From the NCBI GenBank assembly GCA_964187785.1, contig OZ076409.1, positions 96,164,001 to 96,228,000 on the forward strand: a stretch of 64,000 nt of DNA. The letters run 5' to 3'. A model generated the notes under the pieces. The model saw nothing but the letters and a program-made list of their open reading frames with translations. It had not been told where the DNA came from and did not search any database. Made by a program: the position numbers and the translations under genes. The DNA is from Amphiscolops sp. MND2022 (taxonomy: Eukaryota). This document shows positions 49,469 through 63,600 of the stretch, one piece after another. The stretch's first letter is position 1. The number at the start of each line of letters is the position of its first letter.

Positions 49469-50869
49469 TAAAAAATAAGACCAGTCGATGAAATAATAGC
49501 GTCTAAGTTGCAAAAAGTAAATTTCTTCGAAACATACAAATATTCTTGGTTGAAAACTGAAATTTTGAAGTTTGGATGACAAGGATGTGAAATATGAAAA
49601 GGAAAAATGGAAAGGCTGGAGATGAAACGTTAAAAAAATCAACACTTGAAATAACCATTCCTGACGAGACTACGAGAATTGGGGCAGTTCTAATAAAAAG
49701 AATCGAAAGAAAAAAATATCAGGGAAAATTAATTTCAATAATTATCAGAGGTGTTACTAAGATAGAAAATCCAGGTTTCCAAAACAATCCAAAAACTCAA
49801 GTACAGGCATGAATAAATACAACTCACAAACCCTGGGCCTTTCTTCCACTGTGAAGTATCTTTTCGATGGGAGGTTCAAACATCATATGCCGAGCAAGCG
49901 TTCCTCAACGGGCCAGCGTTAGGTTAAGTTTTTGGAACCCTGGAAAAAAACTTCAAGAAGAGATGGCCTTTTTTACTTTTTGAGGACACGAAAAAGCCTA
50001 CTCTGCACCAAATCGGTGCAGAGAGAGAGACCATCCTTGGAGCCCATCAGCAGCGATGCCGTTCTGGGAAGAGGGCCCAGACAACAGCATACTGAGTGAG
50101 CCTTCGAAACTATCTGCTAATGGACAATATATTCGGTGACAGAATCAACCCCCCAATGCTACAAGGTTTCTATATGCCTCCAAAAACCTGCTAAAAACTG
50201 ATGAACCGAAACAATGTTTCCTTTTTTTCAGATTTCAAAAAATCTGAGTGTCCAAGCAGAAAGCTTCGAAGAGGGGTCACCCGAGCTCCCGACAACATCA
50301 TCTCTCTAGATGAGATCAGTTGTCACGGATGGTCTGTGTAAGCCTAAGAACAAAAACTGGGCATATAAGATGACACCACTTTGCGTCACACCATTATGCG
50401 GACCCCTTGCGCATAATATTGTGCAGAAAACAATGTCACTCGATCTCAATTAATCCTCAAGAGGACCAGCCGCGCTTAGTCTAGGGAGGACGTTGCTTCC
50501 TAGGGTGACGACTGCTACACCTTCAAAGCTTAAAAGAGAACCCACCAGTCGGTCAGTCGGGTCTGCCACACCCAATTCGTTCGTTCTGGCTTCCTTGGGC
50601 CCATTGGCCCCTGAACGAACTACAAGACAATAACAGACAATGAAAAAGAAACAGTCAGACAGTCAATGGAATAAATCAACAATCGAAATAAATCAGTCAA
50701 TTAGGGATAGCTTGGTGGATGCCTTAAAGAAAGAAAGCAAATGTACCTGAAATGCAGAAAAATTAAAGGGTAAACAAAACGATTGAACGGCTAAAAGTTT
50801 CGAAGAAAACTATAGCAAGTATATACAGAAAAAAGCTCAATTGTTTTGGAGGAAAACGTATTTGAAAAA

Positions 50870-51230
50870 TCTATACTGCTGAGAAGTGGGACCCTCGAGT
50901 TTTTTAACATTCAATGTGTTGCAAAGCATCAAAAAAAGAAGGGGGACCCTTTGTAGACAAAAAAAATTCGGATAGAAATTGCACAGTTCCGAAAAAAATT
51001 GAACTGGGGGACCCTTTAGTCCCGTCCGGGTTTGTAGGTAACGTTTAAAAAGTAAAAAACCAAAGGGGTACCCTTTGGAATACCTTAGATGCGTTTCCGG
51101 GGTATTCGTTCAGTTTCCTTTAGTTGAAGATACTGAACGTTAACGTTCGTCGCATCTAGTCTGTCTTAAATAAAACAAAACTAGTGACTGTAATAGTCGG
51201 GCTCTTTTATTAACAAAAGCGCCGACTAAA
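50870..51230 (-). mobile_element. HINE/DINE-1-like copy (5' part)
   Basis: tagtcgggctcttt...aaaagcgccgactaa terminus and gggggacccttt core. Confidence 0.6.
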
Positions 51231-51406
51231 AACAAGCATAGAGTTTGTTCAGCAGTTTTAAGTTTTCCTTTTGTGCGCTGTTATTTTTTCAATTCAAGGG
51301 GGTGGTTCCTGGAAGGGCACTTTGATACGTGTGTGATTTCGAATACAAGTTCCCATTGCAGGCGGCAGCCTCCTTGGACATTTGTAAACCTGGTTCATTA
51401 TACTTT

Positions 51407-51745
51407 TTATTCGGCGATTTTCTGAAGAAAAGAGTCGACTATAGTCATGGTTTTTCGTCAGTCTTTTTTTCGATAGACCTGAAGTGACCAAAATAGTTCT
51501 ACCAAAATATCTACTAAAGTTTGAGAAGACGCCAAATTGTACATACTTGCCCTTGCTTTTCCTTTTTCCCGCGTAACATACAATACCGGACGAAATTAAA
51601 GGGTCCTTTCAGTTTTTCGGCATTGTGAGACTTCTTTAAAAAAATTTTCGGGTGCTGTAGAAGAGAATACTTTGATCCTTTGAAGTCCTTTTTTTGCTAT
51701 TTTTGAGCCTTAGATATTGCGCCAACTTAGGCCGGTCCCGGCTTC
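51407..51745 (+). mobile_element. HINE/DINE-1-like copy interrupted at its 3' tip by element C
   Basis: Ends gcgccaacttaggccggtcccggcttc, immediately followed by the LTR terminus tgtgataa. Confidence 0.75.
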
Positions 51746-53387
51746 TGTGATAATTCTCCACTTCCTCTGCATCGGACTCTTCGTCCGAATGTATAGTTAC
51801 ATCTACATCAGATTCGCATCTGAACAATGGTTTAGAAGGATGTTTCAGGTCTCCCATTTTAGAAGCTTGTAGAGGATAATCGTCGTTTTCTGAGTCTGAG
51901 TTATAGATGTGAGATGCGTGTACTCCAATAGACCTATTAGTTTTGGATCCCGAAGGCTGTATGTTTTGTATATCATCCATTTCAGATCTTGGGTTTGTTA
52001 CTGTTGATACACTTTTATTAGATTTTATCTCCTTCAGGATTGCATCTAGTTTGTTCTCCATTTCTTCTCTCATTTTTGTTATTCTATCATTGTTCTTTTG
52101 TTCAAAATTCTCAGTCCACGCTTGTATTTCATTGCTTAATTGGCTAGGTTCAAATAATTGGTTCCTAAGTTCATCATTGTCAAGGTTTCCATGGGTATTA
52201 GATTCGGCATTTGTCAAAGTAATATTACCTTGGGTTGATGTTTCTACCTGTGTTTCATTGAGTTCTCTTTCTGGAGACGGGGTCTCCAATCTCCTGGACC
52301 TTCTACTTCTTTTGTTCCCCATCTTTCTCAAAGGAAAACGATATTTTGGCTGTTGGGGAAGAATTTGAATTTATTCAAAAGAATTATCTAAAGACAATTC
52401 GGGAGATAAAACAATGTTAGTCAAAAGACTGCTTTCAAAAGACCAGGTTGAAAAGTGAGCAACTGCTTGATGGGAGAGATAAATTCGAATGCATGGTCCC
52501 TTCAGTTTTCCAAAAAATACAAAAAGGATGACAATCACATTTACAGGTATCATTATTTAAAGAGCTAAAAATCATTCTATTTATATCCTTTAAATCACAC
52601 TACAATGACACCCTGAATATTATCAAGGGACCGTGAAAATCCTAGGAAAACAAGGCTAGACGCTGTATAATACGTTTCAAGTATCATTAGATGAATTAAA
52701 CGCTACATGACTTCAAAATGATGAGAGTACAGCTAAAAATGCATAATGACGTATATGCGGTATTCCCTGTACTGCAGGATAGCGTATACAACATGTAAGC
52801 ATCAACATTCAATAACGCACAATAGCACATACACTCCATAATCCATATTGCACAATTCGTTCATACTTTCACTGCGAAAACCGCATGTTGACGTACATAC
52901 GATAACATTAGAACTGCTCAACAGTGTATAATTGCATTGTAAAAACGCATATTGCCGCATATGCAGTTTATCCAAAAACGTATATTGTCTTGTAGTTAAA
53001 GACGTACAATGCCGCATATGCGTGAGTCCAGTTTACGTATGATGACGCATAAAAAATATTCTAAAAATGACTTTTGACGCTTATACGTCACAACATTTAC
53101 GGCATATTGACGCATAATAAGCACGGAATTCATAGCATAGAGAGTTTTACACTAATATTTGTAATGAACCATGTATTTTAGCGCCTTCTTACATGAATTA
53201 TCTTTCAATAACAGCTCAGGAAAATCTCACAATGATCCAAATATACAAAATATACCTAGAATTTACATGACTTGATAAAAATGAAGAGAAAAGAAACAAA
53301 AATATCAGTATTTAGAATGTTTGTCGAAGTCGTTGGTTATCTTTTACTGATGCACTCCGGACCCATCGCATCTTTGGGGCTGCGACA
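51746..53387 (-). repeat. Inferred 3' LTR of element C (about 1642 bp), with Gag N-terminus ORF from ATG 52322
   Basis: Starts TGTCGCAG at the same ORF-X codon as in B and ends TTATCACA at the HINE junction. The ORF MGNKRSRR...EEVENYH reads out into the flank. The partner LTR is not in the window. Confidence 0.75.
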
Positions 53388-54388
53388 GTCCTGCGTTTTT
53401 AAAGATAAACAACGCAGCTTCAAAACCGTCGATGAAAGCTCTCGACCTCACTCCACGATCTCTGACTGTTTCCCCATCATAGGCAGTTGCTCCAAGATAG
53501 TCCCCAAGGCAATTCTCTAACGCAATTTGATCGAAAGTGCGACCACACCAATGACAGTATCCGGAAACGTTGGGCATGACCGTGGGAAACAGCCGGAAGA
53601 TTTGTCCTTCGTTGGCTACCATCGCAGGAACGTTGGGGCAATGTAGGATGTTGAATGGGAATCCAAATTGGGTAACTTGTTGAGATAAAATTGGCAGAAA
53701 CATCCACCATAGATCTAGGGGGCAAATGTATTACCATGGGTGTGATGTCCCCTACAGCTGGGTATTGCGGTTCTGTTGACACGAATGCATTTTGTGAATG
53801 TGTACCACCTGCTTCGTACGCTGAAGGATTTGTAATCCCTTGGTCATTCGTTGTATTGATTTGCTGAAAATTGGAAGATTCTTGTGAGAAGTTCAGTGGG
53901 TATGTTGGTATTGGTCTGATCATCTCATTTGATTGTTGTCTGGGAATCCTAGGCGTGGGCAAAATAGCAGCGACGGGTCGCCCGTAATTGTTTAACTGTC
54001 TTTCTGATGCTCCGGTGGAGTCTCTCGGCGACATGTCCACTTCTTCAAATTCTGAGTCTATGAAAGACAAGGAGGAAGAAGAAGGCGAAAGTGGACTTTC
54101 TTCAATCAACTCCATGATCTCCCTTTCAATAGTGGTGCCAGCGATATCAATGGTCCCTTGTCGATCGACTGAGTTCGAAGGAGGGAACAAAGCGGCTGTC
54201 GCTGATCCCACAAAAGCGGCCATGATATTAGATCCCATAGTGTTGATTCTAAATCTTTCATTTAGTTGTGCGATATTGCCAGGTTCCACGACAAATTCTT
54301 CTCCGGACTCGCTTGATATATCGATCACATCAGGGGAAATGGGCGAGTAACCCAGATCTTCGGTGATGTTAGATTGTGTTGGATTCAT
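53344..54388 (-). pseudogene. ORF-X homologue of element C (one frameshift)
   Basis: Overlapping ORFs 53477-54388 and 53344-53703. VIDISSES resembles B VIYISSDE; CHWCGRTFDQI and AFIDGFEAALFIF...SQ...CDG match B. Confidence 0.75.
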
Positions 54389-55813
54389 TATTTTGAAGAT
54401 GTATTTATGAATTAAGGATCAGCAAAAGGCAAAGTTTTGAAATTAGAGACAACTGAACTTTAAGTTATTGTAGACCATATGGTGATATCTTTTTCAGTTC
54501 TCCCTTTTCTTCGACAAAAACCCGCGAAAAAGTTGAGTGTCATGATTCTCAGGGTTTCACTGCTTCCTTATTTGGTCTCTACCCTGACGCTAGGATTTGG
54601 ATTCAAGAAAATTGTCGTGATTCTTTGTAACTCAACGTAAACAAATTCCATTTAAGGCTATTCTCAGGATGACGTCTTCTTCACCTCAACCCTTTGGCGG
54701 TGTTTCATTTAGTTTAATAGCTAACAAACAAATTTATGATCATCATCAAAGGATTACATGACTCTCCTTCCGTTATATGAAAATATCGTATAAAAGGAAC
54801 ATATAATCATCTTACATGACTAAAATTCAGTTTTCCCAACAAGATGTTCGAAACTAAAAATTCAAGCAACCATATTGAAATAAACATCAGTTTATACGTT
54901 TTTGTTTGTAAGTTTTACTTTAAAAGCGCATTGTAATCAGTTATTGTTTGGGGGAGTTGTCCATTGCCATTGAGTAACCAGTCACTTTTCGTTTCTTTCC
55001 AATACCCACTCTAACACCGTTGTGTGTTGCTATCGTGCATCGTATTACGTAACATAATTGTTCGGTCTGTTCTGTTGCCGTTCGTGTGGTTCAGAATACC
55101 TCTTTATACTCCGCTATGGTAATTCCGCATAATACCGCGTAACCACTTTGTGAATCCGCATATTACAGTATAATCATCTGCAGTTGATCCGCATGTTGAT
55201 GCATAATCTCATGTAGCTCTGTAAATTGTATTGCACGTGGCTATGGTAATTCCGCATAATGCCGTATGCTCATCATTGCTTGGTATGGGCGTTGACGCTC
55301 ACTCTTGTCCTGTAGTTCGTATACTGACGTATGTTCGTCACAGCTTAAATCGTATACTGCCGCGTGCTTGTATGTATTGAAGTTTATATATTACGTCATC
55401 TAACCATCTCTGCTTTGCGCATAAGTAGGAAGTGATTTGCGGCTGTCAATTAACCAATCTATCACCCTGGCAGTGGTGAATGACATTTTAATTGACCAAT
55501 CAGCGTTCAGTTTGAACAAGCATATTCAATAAATACATGTTTCATTTGCTTCTTTGCCTCGTGTTGTTACGCCACGCCTTTGAATATTTCACCAGTTTCT
55601 GCAATCTGTTTAATTTTAAACTTTTTTAATTAGTCTTTTCGTCGTATATCATAGTTAGTTTCCAGTTATTTAGTCTTTTCTCGTACTCCCCTCAATCCAA
55701 GGATCCTAAATTTAATTTCAATTCTTCACTCATTTTAACTCCCGTATTTAATTGTTACCATTCTGAATTATTTATTGTATTTTCAAAACCCTTAACACTC
55801 ATTTGTTCGAGAG

Positions 55814-58800
55814 ATGGATTCTAATTCAAGGCGGAAATCCCGGAAGGATGTGCTGTCTCGTAAACACTTCACTTCTTGAGGCTACAAATCTCCGACTACC
55901 GCTACTCCTGGTAAGTTTGACTCATTTTACTCTTTCGAGTGAATTTTGTTTCTGTCCAAATTTTTTCCGATCGGTAATTTTTAAAAGATGAAAAGCTGGA
56001 CAGGCTAACATCTATTTTGAAGCTAGAGTACTACAATAGCTAAATTTCTCTTCGCGGAAGCTTATCAACTTCCGGTTCGAATTTTGTGACTTCCGAATTA
56101 GCTGTATTTCCGCTTTCTTTTCCGGTAATGCTAAAACAGAGATCATTTGTTTTGAAACCAGTCCGATTTACTCAGACGGTGACGGTTTGATTGTTTTAGT
56201 CGAACTTGGAGCAACAGAGGGGTCTCCTGGAAGATCCCCTACCAAGATATATACCCCATTGAAAGTCATTTCCCCAGCTATCCAGACAAACAATCCTGGT
56301 CCTTCCACGTCTGTATTGCCCCATTCTACTGCAGAGAAAACTCTCGTCCCAAAAGATCCCCCAGCAGAAGAAGGGGTGCCAGATTCTGTCGTGCGAGACG
56401 ATGATTCGTCGGTAGTTGTGCTCCATCAAACTTGTGAAGGGATTGAGCATCACGTAGAACAGCCCCTCGGAGCAGAACAAAGCGAGAACACTCAAACTCA
56501 AAGTTGTGACACTCCTCTTCCACCTGCAATGGATTTATTTCCTGGGGAAATATCCCAAGAACTGCTGGAAGGGATTATGGCAGCTGGAAGTTCCCACATG
56601 ATGTCTTTTCCTTTTAGTCGTTACATCCTTGATCGTTCTCACGAAGAAGAGATAACCTCCCCTCCTCACCATATTGCTGAACCGGAACCAAATGCTCAAG
56701 CTAATCTTACTAATACCCCGACTGAAAACCTTGTGATCGATGAAGGAGAGATGATGCCTCAAGTGAATCCAGGGAGAATCAGCATCACGAGAAATGAGAT
56801 ACTTGCCTTGTCTAGGTTACTAGACCGATTACCTCCTGCTCTTCTGCATGGTGAGGAAGCCGAGTGGGACCGACCGATTTCATTAATGGTCACAAACGAA
56901 CCCGTGGGGAACCAAGGAGACACAACGATTGTCCCCAATCCCAATGCAGCAAACAGTTCCGAGCTGCCTATGGTGCCTTACCCTCCAACAGCTGGATCTT
57001 CTTTTGTACGAGGGAAAAGGCAAAGACCTAAATACTCCCTGAAAACCCATATGTTCAGGAAACATCCTGTCTTAAAGTTTTCGGCTACTGGGCCCCTTGA
57101 CAAGGAGAAAACACCCTACAAATGGTGGTGTAGGGTCTGCAAAGTGGAGTTATCCCTTATGAGCAGAGGGGTTTTAGAATTAATGTCCCACTACCGTACT
57201 GAGGGCCACTTAGTAAAGGAACACAGGATTCGCATGGAAATTCCTGGAATGCCACTCTTCGATCGGGAAGAGAAAGAACTGCAAGGGGTGCCTCTCAGCG
57301 AGGCTAAAAGAAAGGCGAAAGACACCTACCCTATTGCGCCACAACTGGATCCTTGCCGGCCCTTGGTAAACCAAACCTCAGTACCTGATTTAGCCAGTCA
57401 TACCAGCCCTTCCGAAGAAGTTCTGTCGCAAATTTGCATCCTTGAGTTCGGGTTGCGGTTTGGAGGCCATCTAAATAGTCTGACTGGAGTCCATGATGAG
57501 TTGGTACGACACCTCCCGAGTGTTCAACAAGCTACATCACTCAACTGGAGCGAACATCTCATTTTTGTAAGTAAATTCTCCTACTTTCCAATTTAAGTTA
57601 GCGTTCTCAACCAGGAAATTCTACCCATGATCAAATTGTCATTTGAGTTTCTGAGTTTTATTTTGTTCCCAGGGAATCTTGGTGTACATGTTTCGAGAGC
57701 TGGTAAATTATTGCGTGACTGCAATTTCATCTTCTGGGGTCTATTCAATCATCTTCCAGCATGACCCAACTCACGTTCGTCTCTTCGTGTGCTTCTGGAC
57801 AGGAAATGTACTCTACCGTGTCTGCATCGGTACTGGCCCCCGAAGGTTTTGATTCCCCGACGCATTTTGGATTTAATTTCATCGTTTCTGAGCCTACTCG
57901 AGCAACCTCCTTCTTGCATCAGTGTCCTTGGGGGTGGAGACAAATTAGGCAATTGCTTGGCTTCGACACTGCCCGGGAACCGAAAACCGAAAGTTGTCAA
58001 AACATATGGACCTGCTGATTTTGAAAAGTCTCTCGAAAAGCCCACAACCCAAGTTATCGAGAGGCACGACTTCCGGTCGATACTCGACTACCTCCTGATG
58101 AAGCTTCGTACAGCTCTCGATCGAGACTGGCTCCACTCATTGCCGGCCTTACACAAAGTTGGTATTTTCCTGAGAGCATTTGTCTTGGTTAGTATACTGA
58201 AAATAATACCAATTTTTCGTTTTAGTGTGTCATCACACTCGACTACTCGCTCCATGAGGCGTCCATCATTATTGAACAGCTTTCTGCGAACTGGGACCAT
58301 GTGTTGCAGCATCTCAATCAGGTTTCGCGACTGCCAATTTATCGCTTCCACATGAGAGAGGTCGGTTTTCTTTATCACGTATTACAAAAGTCCGAGTTTA
58401 ACTTTATTTCATTCCCCACTGCTTTTAGCCAAACACCCTTGATGAATGTTTTAAGCTGGACACAGCCTACCTGGCCCGACTATTCATCATACGATGTGTG
58501 ATTGACCTTTGTGAGTTGTCTTTATATATTTAGTCTTTTCGGGACAGTTTTGTTAACCTGGCTAACTTTTTGCATATTATGTGTGTTAACTTCCCAACGT
58601 CCAATTTCTTTCCTAATTCCTAGTAGTTGCGTCTCATTTTCCACATTTTGTTGCTTTGACCGTTACTACTGCCCTGCTTTGTCCGGTGCGAACAAAAACA
58701 CTGCAATTTTTGCTTTTCTAAGGCTAATTCCGCATATTTCAGTGTAATCATTCCAGATTAATCTGCATATATGTGCATCTTCCTTTTAGTTTAGCATTAC

Positions 58801-60474
58801 AAGCTAGCTTCGTAAAGTTATTCGTATTCCGCATAATGACGTATGGTCATTGTAACTCGTTCTGTGTAACGACGCCGTAATTTGCTCTCTGTCATGCTGA
58901 AACCGCATAATGACGTATAGTTTTTATAGCTCGTTCCGTATAATGATGCATCCCATTGATGTCTTGTTCTTCGTTCTACTGTATCCGCATAATGACGTAT
59001 AGTCATCACGCCTCATTCCGCATGATAGCGTATAGACATTACAATTCATTCCAATCGTTGACGTCATACCTTTTCTTGTAAGATGCGTATAATGACGTAC
59101 ACTCACCATCTTTCTTCCTGTACTTTGACGTATAGTATTTATACACGTGTTCGTATAAGCTTTGCAGCGAGATCCGTATAATAACGTATACTCGGCATAG
59201 CTTAAAGTGTGTAATGGCGTATATTTGATAAAAATTTCCTTCTAATGACGTATATTTTTCGTAAATCAACATGGAGAATAGTGTATAGTATATCTTTTCG
59301 ACGTTCTTCTTGTTGTATTTTTCGTATATCTGACTTCAGGGGAATGTTTAACTGGATTCCATGTTGTTTGTTTTAGATAATTCAGCTTTCTCCGAATTGG
59401 AAGGTCAAATGGATAGTGGATTTAGACTTTTCAACAAGTTTGCTGTGTTTCTGTATTGCCAACTGCAGATTATTCTACCCGATCAAACTTTGGGAAGCAT
59501 TTCTGATTGGGACAATTATTTGTGCCTTGATTTGGATCGAACCGACCTTCCCTTCAAAACTGCTCCGGAATTCGTTTTGAATGTTGACTATCATAATTTA
59601 GTGATCGCTAGCAAATTGCCCCGGCCGGGCAAATTCATTGATCAATCGATTGCATTTTGCAAATCTTTTTGCAAAATTCTGCTGGAACATGAGCTTGTCA
59701 ATTCAAATCTGATTAGAGGATTGTCGTCATTCGATTTTGCTGTTATGGTAGAAGGACCAGAGAGGCACTACGTTAGTGCAGTGGAAAAGCTCACAACCTA
59801 TTTCGTTAATTCAGGATGGCGATAAAGTCAAGTGTGTCAGCCAATATCGTTCTCTGGCTACCAAATTGCGGGCTGATTCTGTGGTTGAGGACGACAATTG
59901 GGTGCAATACCTTGCCTCACATTATGAAATGCAAAGTCGACCGGACCTGCTTCATTTGTTTCGTTACGCTTGTCTCTGCTTGCCTCCATTTGTTGGCAAA
60001 GTTGATCATTTTGAAGTGCCAGTCCCAACATTATCATCTGATAAAGAGATGTTCCGATCGTGCGTGACTAGTCTGCAGCAATCTTACTTGAGCGTTCCGC
60101 ATGTTTCCAGTTTGTACAGAGATCAGCGTTCAATTGGGCGAGCATTTCGCTTGTTGGGCAGAGGTCAGGACTTGTTGATTGACAAAAAATTTTCAATTTG
60201 GAATTTCCTCAAGGGTAGTGGCTCGCGAAGAACTGCTCTACGGGGCAAACTTGAAGCTGCCTACAAGAGATCTGTCCTACAAGCTGAGAAAGTTGTTGTA
60301 GAGTCTGGTGGGACCACTCCTAGTCTCAGTAGATCGACCAGTAATGCCAGTACTCCTTCTCCTGGGCCCTCCCTTGGGCAACTTAGCGTGTCCGTTGCCC
60401 GATGCTCTGAAGACGATTCTAGTGAGTCTGTTGCAGCCACCAAGCCAAAGTCTTCTAAGTCGAAGAAAAACTAA
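55814..60474 (+). pseudogene. Antisense six-exon BED-finger/hAT-like gene of element C (disrupted)
   Basis: Exons 55814-55910, 56200-57566, 57673-58157, 58226-58360, 58429-58510 and 59377-60474. BED finger WWCRVCKVELSLMSRGVLELMSHYRTEGH. There is a TGA in exon 1, a 1-nt frameshift in exon 3 (about 57850) and a frameshift at about 59820. Confidence 0.85.
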
Positions 60475-60659
60475 CGTTGGAATTCAACTTATTGTTTGAT
60501 TGAACTTTAGTTATTTGTATCACATTTTGTATTTATTTGTGATTTAGTAAGTCGTTCCATTATTTACTTGTCAGGAGCGTACTTGCTTATTGAAAAGAAA
60601 AAAACAAGGACTCCCGAATTGAAGAGGGGTACTGAAAAGGTGTTATTTGTTTGTATTTT

Positions 60660-63600
60660 TTAATATCTGTAAGAGTCTGAGAAGTTTGGGTTAGGGTTAG
60701 GGCGTAAGTTGTATTTTTCACCACGAGTATTTATGGGTTCTTCTTGCAATGGGGTATTTTGTGAATTTTCTGGAGTTTTTTGGGTTTGTGTATCTGGTGT
60801 CTTTTCTTTTGGGGTTTTTTGGGAGGTTTCTGTATCATTATCTTGGATTTCTTGCTGGATTTCATCATAATTTTCTTCTTTGCGTTCAGTGGACTGTTCC
60901 ACTGGGCTCCCCCCACTGTTTTTTGGAAATTCGAGGGAGGGAGGGTGGTTATTTTCAGGTGCATCAACAGATACGTATTCAATATCATCAGTGTTCTGTG
61001 TATGATCCGGAGGGCTGTCCTCGAAGGGATTAGGTCCAAAATTTGTGTTCCATGATTGAGCATATAAGTCATCATGAGCCACTGGCATTTGATCATCTTT
61101 TTGCCAATCGGATTCTCGGACAAAAATATCAGCTAAAGGTGCGTGCGGTGTAAATTTTCTCAACCGAATTCGGTGTAAGAGTTGTGTTTTCTTTGTTCCT
61201 AGTCTCCTAACTATGTAATTGTTGTTAGGAAGGACTTTTTCAACCTTGTAAGGACCCTGCCATCTGAATTCACGGAATGGTATTTTCGTTGCCTGTGTGT
61301 CGGCCTTCGGATTAAGAATGTAGCAGTAGTCCGTTGTTTCCAGCGGTGAGGCCTTGGCCTTCCTATCATAATAAACTTTATATTTAAGATAGGATTGCAT
61401 TATGTTCTTTTTGGTCTGGTCTAGTAATATTCGCATTCTTCGTTGTATTTCTTCTGCGACATCAGTTTGCGGCTGGTATTTTGGATTAGGATTATATCCT
61501 AACTTGTAGTCCAGTATGTTATGTGGTATGCGGCCGTGAAAAACTCGTGAAGGCTCGCAACCAAGCGATGCGTGATATGTTGTGTTGTGGTTTAGAACCG
61601 CTAACGGTAGAAATTTATGCCAGTTATGTCGGAATTCTCCAGTTGCTGCTTTAAGTTGGGTTTTTACTGAAGCATGTGTTCTTTCCAGGAGTCCTATTGT
61701 TTGAGCGTATTTCATTGTTGCATGTTTAATCTCAACACCTAGGACTGCTGTTACTTCGTGGGTTACTTGGGCATTGAATTGTGTTCCAAGGTCTGTGATT
61801 AGTGTTGTTGGAAGGTATGTATGTTTGCATAAAATGTCCATTATTACTCGAGCGACTGATGTTGCAGTTATACGAGTCACTGGGTAAGCAAACAAGTATC
61901 GCGAGAAAACATCAATTGCTGTTATAATGTGGTCGTATCCACCACTGGGTGGAAGGTTTGGTAGGATGTCCATATGGAGAAAGTCTTCGGGGCCGAGGTC
62001 CCATTCTGGGCAATTAAGTAGTTCGGTCCTGAGGAGGTCATTATTGATCCTTTTGGTTTGTATGCAGGTTTGACAATTAGTCACCCATTTTTTAATGTAT
62101 TTTGCAACACACGGGTAGTAGTATTTCTGCCTCACCTCCTGTATCATCTTTGTGATACCTGGATGGTTTGAGTTGTGGCCATGTAAGGCTTGAAGTAGTT
62201 CTTCTAGGAGTTGTGTTGGTAGCAAAATTTGATAATGCGAAGTGGTTCCAGTGTCTGTGTAGTATTTGCGAGTAAAAACCTCTTGCTTGATTTCAATTCT
62301 GGTTATGTTTTGGAGGTAATGTTGGTATCTGTAGTCAGATGCCAAGTCGTTTTCATCGAAAGGGTTTCCTTCGATTTTAGCTCTGAGATTTCTAAGAACA
62401 ATTTCATTGTTTTGTTCGAGTCTGATCCTGGCATTGTCTCGAAAATGTCCTTCAGAGCATGTGTTTAAGCCGGATGTTGGTTTGTGAAATTGTTAAAGTT
62501 CAGTAACATTGTTTTCTGGGTCATTGCGAGTTTCAGTTTGAGCCTGATTTCTCACGTTTTGTTTTTCCTCCCAAAGTTTGTTTTCATCAAATTCATCATC
62601 AGGGAGGATGTAAATTTGTTCTTCTTCTACGATACCTGAGGATTGTATATTGACTTCTATCGCTTTCGTTTGTATATCGTTCTTATGCTCATTTCGAGTT
62701 TTTCGACTGGGTTGACTTCCGTTCTGGACAGGAAATCCGCCGCAGTGTTCATTGAACCAGCAACGTGGGCAATGACAAAATTGTATTGCAGGACATAATC
62801 ACATGCATTCCAGAGTTCTGGAGGAATAAGTTTTGCTTGAAAAAAGCGGGTAACCGCTCTGTTGTCTGTGAACACTATAATGGGGAATGTGCTCCCCCAC
62901 ATAAGGTGTCCAAATTCGACAAAAGCAAAGTAGATGGAAAGGAATTCTTTCGCATAGATCGATAATTTTGTTTGTGTTGGGTTGAATGTTTTCGAACCAA
63001 ATGCTATGGGTGCATAGGTTTTGCGTTTGGACTGGAGTTTTTGGTTGGGATCATCTTCTATCATGATAGCATATCCTGCTGCTGTGAAGCTTGCATCAGA
63101 CATTACTATGAGTTGTTTATCTTTAAGGGGTTGTCTCAATGCTAATTGGCATGAGTTTTCGAGAAGTTTGTTGAGGTTGGTGAAATCTTCGACCAAATTA
63201 GTGGGTATATAGAATTTGGAGGTTTCTTTAAGGAGTTTAAAGAATGGAGAGAGACGTTCAGAGAGTCTCGGGATGTAATTGCGGTAATAGTTTAGGAATC
63301 CTATATACCTTTGGAGTGCTTTTTTGGATTTAGGGAATCTCAATTTCGATAAGAAATCTTTGACTTTGTCAGCTTGAGGGGCCACGCCTTTGGGTGTAAT
63401 TGTTCGGCCTAGGAAGTCGACTTGTTTAACTCCGAAATGACATTTGGACATTGTGAGTTTTAAACCAGCATTTCGGATGCATTCAAAGACCGTCCTGATG
63501 TTGGCGCATAGTTGTTTTGAGTCATTTGCTGCTATACCAATGTCATCAACGTACTGTGCACATTGGTCGGCCTTGATCGCCTTGTCAAGGTACTCCCTCA

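Noticed and set aside
49827..50340. Host exons in the GC-richer block
   Set aside because: Splice-like signals are present but I found no consistent open frame.
58800..59260. CRISPR array or satellite in intron 5 of element C
   Set aside because: Degenerate 14-17-bp motifs with irregular spacing, also dispersed in the LTR and promoter. Treated as candidate binding sites instead.
60685..60702. Telomeric repeat (gggtta)
   Set aside because: It is the codon pattern of the Pol C-terminal PNPNPN peptide.
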